A stretch of 63,434 nt of DNA, filler included, from an uncultured Rhodopirellula sp. (GTDB lineage: Bacteria; Planctomycetota; Planctomycetia; Pirellulales; Pirellulaceae), in assembly GCA_964007735.1 (NCBI GenBank). It is 4 parts of 4 records of this genome, joined end to end, with 100 filler letters (N's around TTAATTAATTAA, not from the genome) between each part and the next. Parts side by side here need not be neighbours in the genome. Positions count along the whole stretch, not along the records: positions 1 to 17,556 come from CAXGAI010000072.1; positions 17,657 to 33,731 come from CAXGAI010000073.1; 2 more parts are not named here. One strand, written 5' to 3'. This document shows, piece by piece, positions 9,192 to 19,199 of this stretch. Both the position numbers and the translations under genes were made by a program. The first letter of the stretch is position 1; the number at the start of each line of letters is the position of its first letter. The notes under the pieces are model-generated. The model was not told where the DNA came from and did no database searches. It saw only the letters and a program-made list of their open reading frames with translations.

Positions 9192-11594
9192 ATGAAAAAT
9201 AGTCAAAGACAACTTGGAATTTTCGAGACACCATTCTTATTGGTTGTTCTCTCGATGTTGCCTTGTCTGGCGTCGGTTGCCGGGTTGGAAGCGCAGGACG
9301 ATGTTGAAGAAAATCTCATAGAGCGTCTCGAAGGTACGATTCCATATGATGAGATTACGGTTAAAGCCGATGATGATACCACCGAGGTTATTCAGTTGGA
9401 ACTGTTGGACGTACCGGGGCGGCGTACACCGGAATTGAAGACCAGTGGCAAACTAGAAATTCGTTTGTTGGGAAATCCGGATGATGTGTATGAAGTGTTT
9501 TGGCGGGATCTTGTTAAGATTCGCTTGTATGAAGATATTCTGATTGATGAGGTGAATAGTTATATAGATGGTCTTAAATTCGACGAAGCTTTTGATTATT
9601 TGCTGTTCTTGCGAAAGGAATATTCCAATCTGCCGGGTACTGACGAAGTTCTTGCGAGGTATCAGTTTTCACAGGGAATAGACTGGTTAAAGAAGGGGCG
9701 GGGTTTGGAGGCTTTGTCACTTTTGGAAAGTTTACATGAATCGCATCCCGACTATATTCATGACGGCGGGCCAGATACAGTCAAGTCAAAACTCGATCAA
9801 GCAGCTAAAGCTGTGCTAGATCAATATCTCGATGATGAGAAGATTGTTTTGGCCAGACGCTTTAGTCAACGATTGATTAAAACCCATGGAGTTTCGGCAG
9901 TTCCTACAGCACTGGATACGTTGCGTACACTTCGGGATATCGCCGCGGGTAAACGGGACGAAGCTCGGCAATTGCTCGACGCCGGCGAGTTGCGCGAAGC
10001 TCAAAAAGCGGTGCGAGAGATGATTGAAATCTTCCCTCAAGTGGCCGGTGGACGTGCAATTGCCGTCGAGGCAATTCGTAAATATCCGTTGGTAACGGTC
10101 GGCACAGTCTATCCGGCACTTGAAGATGATCGTAGTCGAATGGATAACTGGGCTGCTCGTCGTACAGGAACTTTAACGCGGCGTATGATTATGGAGTATG
10201 AAGGGCCCGGAACTGACCGGGGTGAATATTCGACTCCATTTGGCACAGTAAAGCAAGGGGCTGATCGTCGCACGATTCGTATTCGCATCAATCCGCTACA
10301 ACTTGCCGAAGACAATCAGATTTACGGTTACCATTTAGCCGACCGTCTCTTGAAAATGGCTGAACCTAAACATGCCACTTACAACCCTCAGTGGGCTTCG
10401 ATTTTTGAGCGAGTGGAAGTAAGCGCGGTCTTTGACGTGACTATTCATTTACAGCGTCCTCATGTTTTACCAGAGGCGATGCTTCAAGTGTTTTTAGATG
10501 CCTCGATTGCGAATGATTCCGAAGAAGCTCGGGATGGTCCGTTTGTTCCAGGTCCGCCCGTTGACGAAGGAATTCGCTATATAACCAATCCTAAAGACCC
10601 CTTTCCGGTCACATCCGATGACCCCAACTTTATCCCTCCTTCGGAAGTGCTTGAGATTCATTACGAAGAACAGAAAGATATGGTCAAGGCGTTGCGAAAG
10701 GGGGATTTGGATGTTGTCGACAGGTTGTCCCCGGTAATTGCTATGCAACTTGCTGAAGAGCCAGGTTCCACGATCAAGGTCGTACCCTATGCATTGCCAA
10801 CAATGCATATGCTGGTTCCGAATTATGATGAGCCATATATGAAAAACGATATGTTCCGGCGGGCAATCCTCTATGGAATCATGCGGGAAGCAACGTTGAA
10901 TGAAATCATTCTCAAAAACCGCAGGATCCCTGGTTGCCAAATCGTGAGTGGGCCCTTCTCCCCAGGGATGAGTGTCGATGATCCGCTTAGTTACGCGTAT
11001 AACCGGGATATGGTGCCTCGACCTTATGCCCCTCGGTTGGCGGTAGTGTTGACCAAATTGGCAGAACAGCGATTGCAGGAACAGGCTGAACGCAAAGAAG
11101 AAGAACCACCAAAGATTCCGGATTTGATAATTGGCTACCCACCAGAAGAAGATGCTCGGAATGCATGTACCGCTTTCAAGTTTCAGTTGGAACAGCTCGA
11201 AATATTCAAGGTCAAATTGATTGAGTTTGAGAAAGGTCAGACAGTCGATCCGACAGGTGAATGTAATTTGACCTATATGAAAATTGCGATGTGGGAACCC
11301 GTTGTCGATACGGCTCGACTGATTTCCCCGAATGGTATTGCAGCGATTGCTGATGACCACGTGAATCGAAGTATTCAGTGGATGGAACGCGCGATTCGGT
11401 GGCCGGAAGTGCGAGAGCGAGTACGCCAAGTGCACCGAATTGCTCATGAAAAAGCGGCTATCCTTCCTTTGTGGCAGTTGCGTGAGTATTTTGCGCATCG
11501 CGAAGGGATCACACTGGGTGCAGAGTCTCCTGTGTCGCTTTATCATGGTATTCAGCGCTGGCAGTTAGTGCCTAACTTTGAAAATGAAGAGTAA
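9192..11594 (+). CDS. TPR-containing ABC-type family 5 (DppA/OppA-like) solute-binding protein
   Basis: Signal-like N-terminus, then a helical/TPR region. SBP_bac_5-like motifs GPF, ALRKGDLDV, FRRAILYGI, AAILPLW. Start uncertain (9135/9177/9192). Confidence 0.7.
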   Translation: MKNSQRQLGIFETPFLLVVLSMLPCLASVAGLEAQDDVEENLIERLEGTIPYDEITVKADDDTTEVIQLELLDVPGRRTPELKTSGKLEIRLLGNPDDVYEVFWRDLVKIRLYEDILIDEVNSYIDGLKFDEAFDYLLFLRKEYSNLPGTDEVLARYQFSQGIDWLKKGRGLEALSLLESLHESHPDYIHDGGPDTVKSKLDQAAKAVLDQYLDDEKIVLARRFSQRLIKTHGVSAVPTALDTLRTLRDIAAGKRDEARQLLDAGELREAQKAVREMIEIFPQVAGGRAIAVEAIRKYPLVTVGTVYPALEDDRSRMDNWAARRTGTLTRRMIMEYEGPGTDRGEYSTPFGTVKQGADRRTIRIRINPLQLAEDNQIYGYHLADRLLKMAEPKHATYNPQWASIFERVEVSAVFDVTIHLQRPHVLPEAMLQVFLDASIANDSEEARDGPFVPGPPVDEGIRYITNPKDPFPVTSDDPNFIPPSEVLEIHYEEQKDMVKALRKGDLDVVDRLSPVIAMQLAEEPGSTIKVVPYALPTMHMLVPNYDEPYMKNDMFRRAILYGIMREATLNEIILKNRRIPGCQIVSGPFSPGMSVDDPLSYAYNRDMVPRPYAPRLAVVLTKLAEQRLQEQAERKEEEPPKIPDLIIGYPPEEDARNACTAFKFQLEQLEIFKVKLIEFEKGQTVDPTGECNLTYMKIAMWEPVVDTARLISPNGIAAIADDHVNRSIQWMERAIRWPEVRERVRQVHRIAHEKAAILPLWQLREYFAHREGITLGAESPVSLYHGIQRWQLVPNFENEE

Positions 11595-11606
11595 GGTGTT
11601 CGGTAG

Positions 11607-13463
11607 ATGTTTGGACCAATAAAATTAAATACTCTGTGCTTCGTCTGGTTATTGGGGACGGTGTTTTGTATTCCCGGCTTCCTGTTGGCACAGGATGAAT
11701 CTGAGCTGTCAGTGGTGAAAACTGAGAATGATGCTCCGGCATCGGGAAGTACGGTGAGTTCTGAAGCTAAAGAGTCCGAAGGTGGAAGGGATAGTGATAA
11801 GCAAACCCTCAAGAAGGCTGACGAAGAGGTTGGTGAAGAGGCGGCCCGAAATTGGATTCTAACGCCGTATCAAATGCGAGTTTGGATGACGGTGGACTCA
11901 TCTCCTCAACTTCAGGCGATTAATCTGGATGCTGTTCAACGTAGCGTAAATGCTAAGGTTGACAATTGGGTAGGATCGGCCTGGGACATGCAGTTTGAAG
12001 AGGCCCCTCGTAAGATCTATACGGACATTCTTTACAACTTTGATGACGTTGGGATTCTCGATATAGCGGCTCTGTATGAACCCCTGCCGGTCCAGAAAGA
12101 GGCCAAAATTCGCGCTGTTCAGTACGATAAAAAAGAAGCTCAGGAAGAAGGTGCCAAAGCGGAAGAAGCCAAGGAAGTGAAACCGCGGTTTCCCGCTGAG
12201 CAGCAGCAGCTTATTCGTCCTAATGCCCTGCGGGAATTAGACAAGATTTATGCAGTTTCCCTTCAGTATCAAGCCGGCACTTATGAATTGAGAGTAACTG
12301 AATTTGATGTGAATGCCCGAGTGCGGGCATTAACGGCCAGTCGTAGTTTTCGAAGTCTCGATACGCTGCCCCTACAAATTTTTAGCTGTCTTAGGGAAGT
12401 GTTCTCGCCGATTGCCGAAATTGAATACAACGGAGTGACCGATGGTAAGACCGCTCGAATAAAGGTGCGCGCGGCCGCCATGGTTGCCGATGCTGAAGCG
12501 TATTCCCCGATCATGATGCAGAAGGGAGATGTGCTTCGCCCGGTCGTACGAAAGAATGATCGTGAAACACAAGCTCCAGAGTATGATGGCGTGATCGAAG
12601 TGACGTGGACCTATGTGTTTATTAATGACCTGACAATTAAGGAAGATACCGATTTGGGAGTGCAAAGATCAAATGGATCTGGCAAAGGTCAAGTGATTTC
12701 GACATTCACGATGCTTCGTAACCCGATTGCTGCTCGTCGAAATACATTGCAGAAAAAATATGGTTTGCTTGTACGACCTGTTCAGGAGTCGTCGCTACTC
12801 AAGATTGAAGCAAACGATCGTGAGAATTACACTCTCCAGGGGTACAACGTCTATGCAAAGTCTCCCAAGATAGATCCTGATGCGGAAGGTGATGCCCCTA
12901 CGGTGTTGATTGGACAAACTGACTGGCGTGGTGCAATCGAGGTTCGACAGGATCTCTTTAGTAATCAGGGAGCCACGAAGCTGGTTGTTATTTATATTCG
13001 AAATGGTCAGGAAGTTCTGGCACGCCTGCCTATTGTTCCAGGGTACCGGACAATTGAACAGATTAAATTGCGAAACGACGATTATCGATTGCAGTACGAA
13101 GCATTTTTTGTGGGGTTTCAGAACTCGATTCTTGACTACACGGTCCAGCAGGCGGTGTATAAGATTCGCATTGAGCACCATATCAATAAGGACGAAGAAG
13201 AGAAGGCTCGTAAACTATTGGAAGAACTTCGTACGGTACCATCGGCAGTTGCTTTAAATGATGTTCTTACCAGCAAGGAAGCCACACTTCAGGATGATCC
13301 GAATATTGATCTTAAAACAAAAGCTAAGATTGAACGCGACTTCGAAAAAACTCGCGATCTGATCAATGAATATTTGCAGGGCAACGATGTTAAGGGTAAT
13401 TTGTTATTAAAGATGGAAGCGGCGGTAAAAGCCAAGTTTGGTGATCCGTCAGTGACCGAATAA
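11607..13463 (+). CDS. secreted hypothetical protein
   Basis: 618-aa ORF with a signal peptide ending LLAQ; 12 nt after the previous gene. Confidence 0.7.
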   Translation: MFGPIKLNTLCFVWLLGTVFCIPGFLLAQDESELSVVKTENDAPASGSTVSSEAKESEGGRDSDKQTLKKADEEVGEEAARNWILTPYQMRVWMTVDSSPQLQAINLDAVQRSVNAKVDNWVGSAWDMQFEEAPRKIYTDILYNFDDVGILDIAALYEPLPVQKEAKIRAVQYDKKEAQEEGAKAEEAKEVKPRFPAEQQQLIRPNALRELDKIYAVSLQYQAGTYELRVTEFDVNARVRALTASRSFRSLDTLPLQIFSCLREVFSPIAEIEYNGVTDGKTARIKVRAAAMVADAEAYSPIMMQKGDVLRPVVRKNDRETQAPEYDGVIEVTWTYVFINDLTIKEDTDLGVQRSNGSGKGQVISTFTMLRNPIAARRNTLQKKYGLLVRPVQESSLLKIEANDRENYTLQGYNVYAKSPKIDPDAEGDAPTVLIGQTDWRGAIEVRQDLFSNQGATKLVVIYIRNGQEVLARLPIVPGYRTIEQIKLRNDDYRLQYEAFFVGFQNSILDYTVQQAVYKIRIEHHINKDEEEKARKLLEELRTVPSAVALNDVLTSKEATLQDDPNIDLKTKAKIERDFEKTRDLINEYLQGNDVKGNLLLKMEAAVKAKFGDPSVTE

Positions 13464-13503
13464 ATACTTTTTTTCGTTTTCTCAATGAAGATAGTGCCTT
13501 CTT

Positions 13504-14868
13504 ATGGCCCGCAAATCTATTTTTCAACACTCCGCGCTCATTAGCGAACTGGTTACTCAGGAGCAATTGGATGATGCGTTGGATGCTCTTGCAGACGCTC
13601 AGCGAGCCACTGAAGGAGTGGAAGTGCTGCAAGTTGAGGTTTCGGACGAACAACTAGCAGATCAGCTCGTGTACAACGGAGTGATTTCAAGTTATCAGGC
13701 GGAGCAGCTTAAGAGTGGACGCACGAAGTTTAATCTGGGTCCCTATGTGATTACGGGCTGGATTGGGCAAGGAGGAATGGGACAGGTCTTTAAAGGGGAG
13801 CATATGGTTTTGGGCCGAGTGTCGGCGATCAAAGTGCTCCCGTTAGACAAAACGACCGATTACGCCATTTCTAATTTCCATCGCGAAATTAAGCTGCAAG
13901 CCAGAATGGATCACCCAAATCTGGTACGCGCCTATGACGCTGGACACGATGGCAAAGTACACTTTCTTGTTACCGAGTATGTGCCGGGCCGCGACCTGCG
14001 ACGTCTAATCAGAAATCAAGGGAAGTTGACGGTGGCCGAGGGATCAGGCGTTATCATGCAGATTGCACGAGGCTTGTATTATGCTCATCAGCAAGGGCTT
14101 ATTCATCGTGACATTAAGCCCGGGAATATTCTTGTGACCGAGGATGGAACGGCAAAACTTTCCGACCTTGGATTGTCCGGATTCGTTGACAATGAAATCG
14201 AAGACCCACGTGCCGGCAAAATTGTGGGCACGGCAGATTATCTTGCACCAGAACTGATTCGTAACCCACGTGATGTTTCCACGGTGACCGACATTTATTC
14301 ATTGGGATGTACTCTGTATTATTCAATCACCGGTAAAGTCCCGTTTCCAGGTGGTAGTGCCAAAGAAAAAGCAAGACGGCATCTAAATGAGCATCCCTGG
14401 CATCCTCGCCAGTTTAATGCAGATGTCAGTGAAGAGTTCGTTGAACTGATTGCCGACATGATGGAAAAGGATCCCCAAAAACGGATTCAATCAGCGGAAG
14501 AAGTTGCGAGCCGTTTAGAGCCCTGGGCTAGTGAAGTCGCTTATTTCAACACAGGCGATCTAATAGGTACACCCTGGATGGCGCCGGCCGTTCCTGTCAC
14601 GTCTGGGGAAAATTCATTACCGGCTTCGGATATGCACGAGACGCATCCTGACGGGTATGTAGAGAGTGCAGAAGCTATGGTCGCGACGGAATCAGGTGCA
14701 TCTCAGGAAACATTGAATAGTCAGAGTCGTGATGTTTCCCCGCCACCGATGCCCTGGGTCCCTATTTCCGAAGAAAAGGTAGCGTGGACTGTCGGTAAAA
14801 CCTTAGCTATAGCGATCCCCGTTTCGTTGCTGGTCGGGATCCTTCTTGGTGCGTTGCTAAGTGGTTGA
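13504..14868 (+). CDS. Hanks-type Ser/Thr protein kinase with C-terminal membrane anchor
   Basis: GQGGMGQV, AIK, HRDIKPGN, DLG and GTADYLAPE motifs; terminal TM LAIAIPVSLLVGILLGALL. Confidence 0.95.
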   Translation: MARKSIFQHSALISELVTQEQLDDALDALADAQRATEGVEVLQVEVSDEQLADQLVYNGVISSYQAEQLKSGRTKFNLGPYVITGWIGQGGMGQVFKGEHMVLGRVSAIKVLPLDKTTDYAISNFHREIKLQARMDHPNLVRAYDAGHDGKVHFLVTEYVPGRDLRRLIRNQGKLTVAEGSGVIMQIARGLYYAHQQGLIHRDIKPGNILVTEDGTAKLSDLGLSGFVDNEIEDPRAGKIVGTADYLAPELIRNPRDVSTVTDIYSLGCTLYYSITGKVPFPGGSAKEKARRHLNEHPWHPRQFNADVSEEFVELIADMMEKDPQKRIQSAEEVASRLEPWASEVAYFNTGDLIGTPWMAPAVPVTSGENSLPASDMHETHPDGYVESAEAMVATESGASQETLNSQSRDVSPPPMPWVPISEEKVAWTVGKTLAIAIPVSLLVGILLGALLSG

Positions 14869-14953
14869 GAATCGGAGGCGGATTGTTTAGATGAGCCGAC
14901 TAAATTCACAGATCCAAGCAGTCGGCTCGTGCTGAGTAAACCGAATTGATTCG

Positions 14954-15553
14954 TTACAGTCCGTGGATCCCATCGAGCATTTTTTCGAGAAGTTCCATGG
15001 GGAGTCCAACGACATTGGTTTCACTTCCCTTCGTCACGTGGAGCCAGTCCCAGCCGTCCTGATAACCAAAGGCTCCAGCCTTACCCTCCCACTTGTTAGT
15101 ATCGAGATAATATTCAAGGTGTTCGTCTGACACATCATCCATAAACAGAGTCGTCGTATCGACCTGTAGTAGTACCTGGTCTTCCGGGCGAATCCAAAGA
15201 CATATCCCTGAATGTACGCGATGTTCCCTGCCTCGGATTAAACTTAGCATCCGGCGTGCATCTTCACGGTCTCGAGGTTTTCCAAGAACCTGTCCATAGC
15301 ATTCGGCCACAGTATCACAACCAAGAATAATCGCAAAGTTATATCGAACAGCGACATCGACGGCTTTTTGACGAGCTAGTCGTACTACTAATTCCGGCGG
15401 TGTCTCCCCACTGCAGACACCACATTCAGCATCATCTGAGGGTGGATCGGTTTCAAACTGATAGCCGAATTCGGTTAGTAATTGTTTTCGCCGGGGCGAG
15501 GTGCTGGCCAGGATAAGTGGTTTGTTGGTGGTTATTGCATCCATGAGTTCCAT
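14954..15553 (-). CDS. maf: Maf family nucleoside triphosphate pyrophosphatase
   Basis: LILASTSPRRKQLL, GCDTV, LGKP, KAGAFGYQ, NVVGLP. Confidence 0.95.
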   Translation of the reverse strand: MELMDAITTNKPLILASTSPRRKQLLTEFGYQFETDPPSDDAECGVCSGETPPELVVRLARQKAVDVAVRYNFAIILGCDTVAECYGQVLGKPRDREDARRMLSLIRGREHRVHSGICLWIRPEDQVLLQVDTTTLFMDDVSDEHLEYYLDTNKWEGKAGAFGYQDGWDWLHVTKGSETNVVGLPMELLEKMLDGIHGL

Positions 15554-16203
15554 TCATTAGGCAGAGGAGCTTTGAAAGTGAGTTGCTCTTTGGTGGTTGG
15601 ATGGTTGATTGTAAGTTGGGTCGAATGCAGCGCGATTCCATTAGAAAAGCTGATTGTGCTGTTATATTTGCGATCACCCAGAATCGGGCAGCCAAAGTTT
15701 GATAGTTGGACTCTGATTTGATGTTTGCGTCCCGTTTCCAGCTTGATTTCAAGATGAGTGGCGGATTTGTAATGATTTAGCAATTGAAAGTGGAGTACTG
15801 CTTGTTGTCCATTTTTCGCTTCCGGGTGACAGGTTTCCATTTTGCGAGCGGCATCGTTTTTACGCAGGAAGTCCGTTAGTGTGTAGGAATCGGGAAGGTC
15901 TGTTTTTTCTACAAGCGCCTGGTAGGTTTTATGGACCTTTCGGTCCTTAAAAGCTTCTGTGAGCCGGGCAGCAGCTTTGGAGGTCCGGGCCAAAAGGATC
16001 ACCCCGGTAGTGAGTTTATCAAGTCGGGAAACGAAACCGAGGTAGACGTTCCCAGGTTTTTGGTATTTGGTTTTTAGGTAGTGTTTAGCCTGATCACCGA
16101 GCGATATTTGGTCGGAAGACGCTCCTTGAGTTACCAAGCCTGCTGGTTTGTTGATAACCAGTAGGTGGTTGTCTTCGTAGAGTATCTGTTTTGGTCGGAG
16201 CAT
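15532..16203 (-). CDS. RluA family pseudouridine synthase
   Basis: ILYEDNHLLVINKPAG, SRLDKLTTG (catalytic Asp), TGRKHQIRVQL, PILGDRKY, LHS. Confidence 0.93.
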   Translation of the reverse strand: MLRPKQILYEDNHLLVINKPAGLVTQGASSDQISLGDQAKHYLKTKYQKPGNVYLGFVSRLDKLTTGVILLARTSKAAARLTEAFKDRKVHKTYQALVEKTDLPDSYTLTDFLRKNDAARKMETCHPEAKNGQQAVLHFQLLNHYKSATHLEIKLETGRKHQIRVQLSNFGCPILGDRKYNSTISFSNGIALHSTQLTINHPTTKEQLTFKAPLPNEWNSWMQ

Positions 16204-16286
16204 AGATAGGTAATATAATTCTTTACCGTATAAGGCTCAATAGATTTGCGAAGAGGGGTTCCAGAATCCGATCCGCGCATAAAAAA

Positions 16287-16395
16287 CCCGGCGATACCTA
16301 CTTTCGCGCTTTTGGCACTATCATCGGCTTGAAAGGCTTAACTTCTGTGTTCGGTATGGGAACAGGTGTGGCCCTTTCAATATGTTCACCGGGAA
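16287..16395 (-). rRNA. rrf: 5S rRNA (short, ~109 nt)
   Basis: Reverse complement contains CCTGTTCCCATACCGAACACAGAAGTTAAGC, GCCGATGATAGTG and GAAAGTAGG. Terminal stem CCCGGTG/CGCCGGG. Confidence 0.93.
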
Positions 16396-16396
16396 G

Positions 16397-16428
16397 GACC
16401 AGTCAACGCCGTTAGACGTTGACTGGTC
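16397..16428. repeat. inverted repeat (hairpin) in the 23S-5S spacer
   Basis: GACCAGTCAACG-N8-CGTTGACTGGTC, a perfect 12-bp stem. Confidence 0.75.
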
Positions 16429-16571
16429 TTGGTTTGCATTGGTAGATGATTATTTGCGAGTGTTTGACTTTGTGTGAACAAAGTGAAAACATATCGTTGC
16501 GATTAAACTAAGTCTATGAACACTTAATTATCAGGGTGAATCTAACGTTGAGTTAGAAGCACTGAATATAA

Positions 16572-17556
<985 letters not shown>

Positions 17557-17656
17557 NNNNNNNNNNNNNNNNNNNNNNNNNNNNNNNNNNNNNNNNNNNN
17601 TTAATTAATTAANNNNNNNNNNNNNNNNNNNNNNNNNNNNNNNNNNNNNNNNNNNN
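17557..17656. other. artificial contig linker
   Basis: N44-TTAATTAATTAA-N44 (stops in all six frames). Confidence 0.99.
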
Positions 17657-17724
17657 GAGAAATCAACTTGAATTGACAGGAGGAACAAAGGCTTTTTATT
17701 CTTCTGAGGATTGGGCCCAATCTG

Positions 17725-18198
17725 TTAAGTTTTGGCAAGAATATGCTTTTTTAGAATGTTAATATCTTTGTTTATTAAATATCCTTTTATTTTTTTTACT
17801 CCTATTGCTCTTGCCATAATAGCAAAATAACAAAAATATTGTGTTGGGTATTTATAGTTTTTATCTTTTAAAAAATATTTTCCTCGTGTTGTTGTTATGA
17901 TGCCATTTTTTGTAATTTCATATAAGTTTGATATGTCTGGAAAATTAGTTTTTATATTTTGTTGTTGTCCTATAAGAGGGTTGTTTCCTGAAAAGTTTAT
18001 GTGGTCTTTTACTTCATAAACTTTTTCTAATTTATCTTTTGTTGCTGTTGCTCCCCATATTTCTATTTTTCTATTTTTTACTAATTTTATTTCTTCTATT
18101 GTTTTTTTAAAATTTGTTAACAAAATCTTCTTTCCATTTTTATTTTTTTCTGTTTTATATAACAATGGCGTATAAAAAATTATTTTTTTATTTTCCAA
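17725..18198 (-). CDS. short, degenerate purine nucleoside phosphorylase-like protein (foreign AT-rich fragment)
   Basis: KDHINFSGNNPLIG and FPDISNLY match the PNP DHIN..NPL.G / FPDMS..Y motifs, but the protein is only 157 aa. Confidence 0.6.
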   Translation of the reverse strand: MENKKIIFYTPLLYKTEKNKNGKKILLTNFKKTIEEIKLVKNRKIEIWGATATKDKLEKVYEVKDHINFSGNNPLIGQQQNIKTNFPDISNLYEITKNGIITTTRGKYFLKDKNYKYPTQYFCYFAIMARAIGVKKIKGYLINKDINILKKHILAKT

Positions 18199-18850
18199 AA
18201 AGTGCTGTTCCTATTCTTATATGTGTTGCTCCTGCTTTTATTGCTTCAATATAATCTTCACTCATTCCCATTGATAAATATTTACATTCTTTTATTTCTT
18301 TTTGGATTTCTTTTTGGATTTCTTTTGTTGTTTTAAAAACATTTATTAGCTTTTTTTTATCTTTTATTTTTGGGGCAATAGTCATTATTCCAATTATAAT
18401 TACGTTTTTTAATTTTTTAAATTCTTCTATATAATTATATATTTCTTCTGTTTCAAATCCATATTTTTTTTCATCTTTTCCTGTATTTATTTGCAACATT
18501 ATTTTTTGTGTTACTCGCAGCTCTTTTGCTGTTTTGTTTATTTTATTTATTAATTTAGGTGTATCGACTGTTTGAATTACATCAAATATTTTTATAGCTT
18601 TTTTTACTTTATTTCTTTGAAGATGTCCAATAAAATGTTTTTCTATTTTTTCTTCTATTTTATTATATTTTTTTTCTGCTTCTTGAACTTTATTTTCTCC
18701 AACCATATAGATACCGTTTTCTATAGCTGATTTTATTTTTATTAATGGTTGGTTTTTTGTTACTGCTATTAAATGTATTTTTTTTGCTTTTGTTTTGTTT
18801 GTTTTTATTTCTTCTATTTTTTTTAAAATTTTTTCAATTTTAAATTTCAT
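18188..18850 (-). CDS. yggS: YggS/PROSC pyridoxal phosphate homeostasis protein (foreign AT-rich fragment)
   Basis: LIAVTK, GENKVQE, HFIGHLQRNKVK, GIMTI, LSMGMSEDY, IRIGTALFG. Confidence 0.95.
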   Translation of the reverse strand: MKFKIEKILKKIEEIKTNKTKAKKIHLIAVTKNQPLIKIKSAIENGIYMVGENKVQEAEKKYNKIEEKIEKHFIGHLQRNKVKKAIKIFDVIQTVDTPKLINKINKTAKELRVTQKIMLQINTGKDEKKYGFETEEIYNYIEEFKKLKNVIIIGIMTIAPKIKDKKKLINVFKTTKEIQKEIQKEIKECKYLSMGMSEDYIEAIKAGATHIRIGTALFGK

Positions 18851-19013
18851 CTTCTTCGTTTATTTCATTTTCTTTTTCTTCTTTGTCCATTACCTTGGTT
18901 ATTGATGATATTTTTGATCCATCATCTAATTTTAATAATTTAACTCCTTGAGTGTTTCTTCCTATTGTTCTTATATGTTCAACTGATTGCCTTATCATTA
19001 CTCCTTTATTTGT
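18840..19013 (-). pseudogene. gyrA: 3' fragment of DNA gyrase subunit A (last pinwheel blade and acidic tail), truncated
   Basis: Manual translation TNKGVMIRQSVEHIRTIGRNTQGVKLLKLDDGSKISSITKVMDKEEKENEINEEDEI*. An in-frame TAG lies immediately upstream. Not in the ORF track. Confidence 0.85.
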
Positions 19014-19199
19014 CTACGTGGCTTTTGATTCTTTTAAGGGCAAGAAACTATGGTGGTTGATTGGGCTTACAGTAGCATCCCATGGGCTTAGTGTGCCCTT
19101 ATATTTGGGGGGGGTGATTTTAAGACTTGGGTAAATAGAGCTTATTCGGAGTAGATAACTCGGTACCGCACTATATGACACGGGCCTGTTTTGGCGGAC

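Noticed and set aside
10494..11546. 350-aa antisense ORF
   Set aside because: Shadow of the solute-binding protein gene; no motifs and atypical composition.
17557..17656. TTAATTAATTAA flanked by Ns, three times (also 33732-33831 and 48965-49064)
   Set aside because: Artificial contig spacer, not a biological repeat. Gene adjacency across it is meaningless.
18952..19134. 60-aa hydrophobic + strand ORF
   Set aside because: It straddles the chimeric junction and is antisense to the gyrA fragment.
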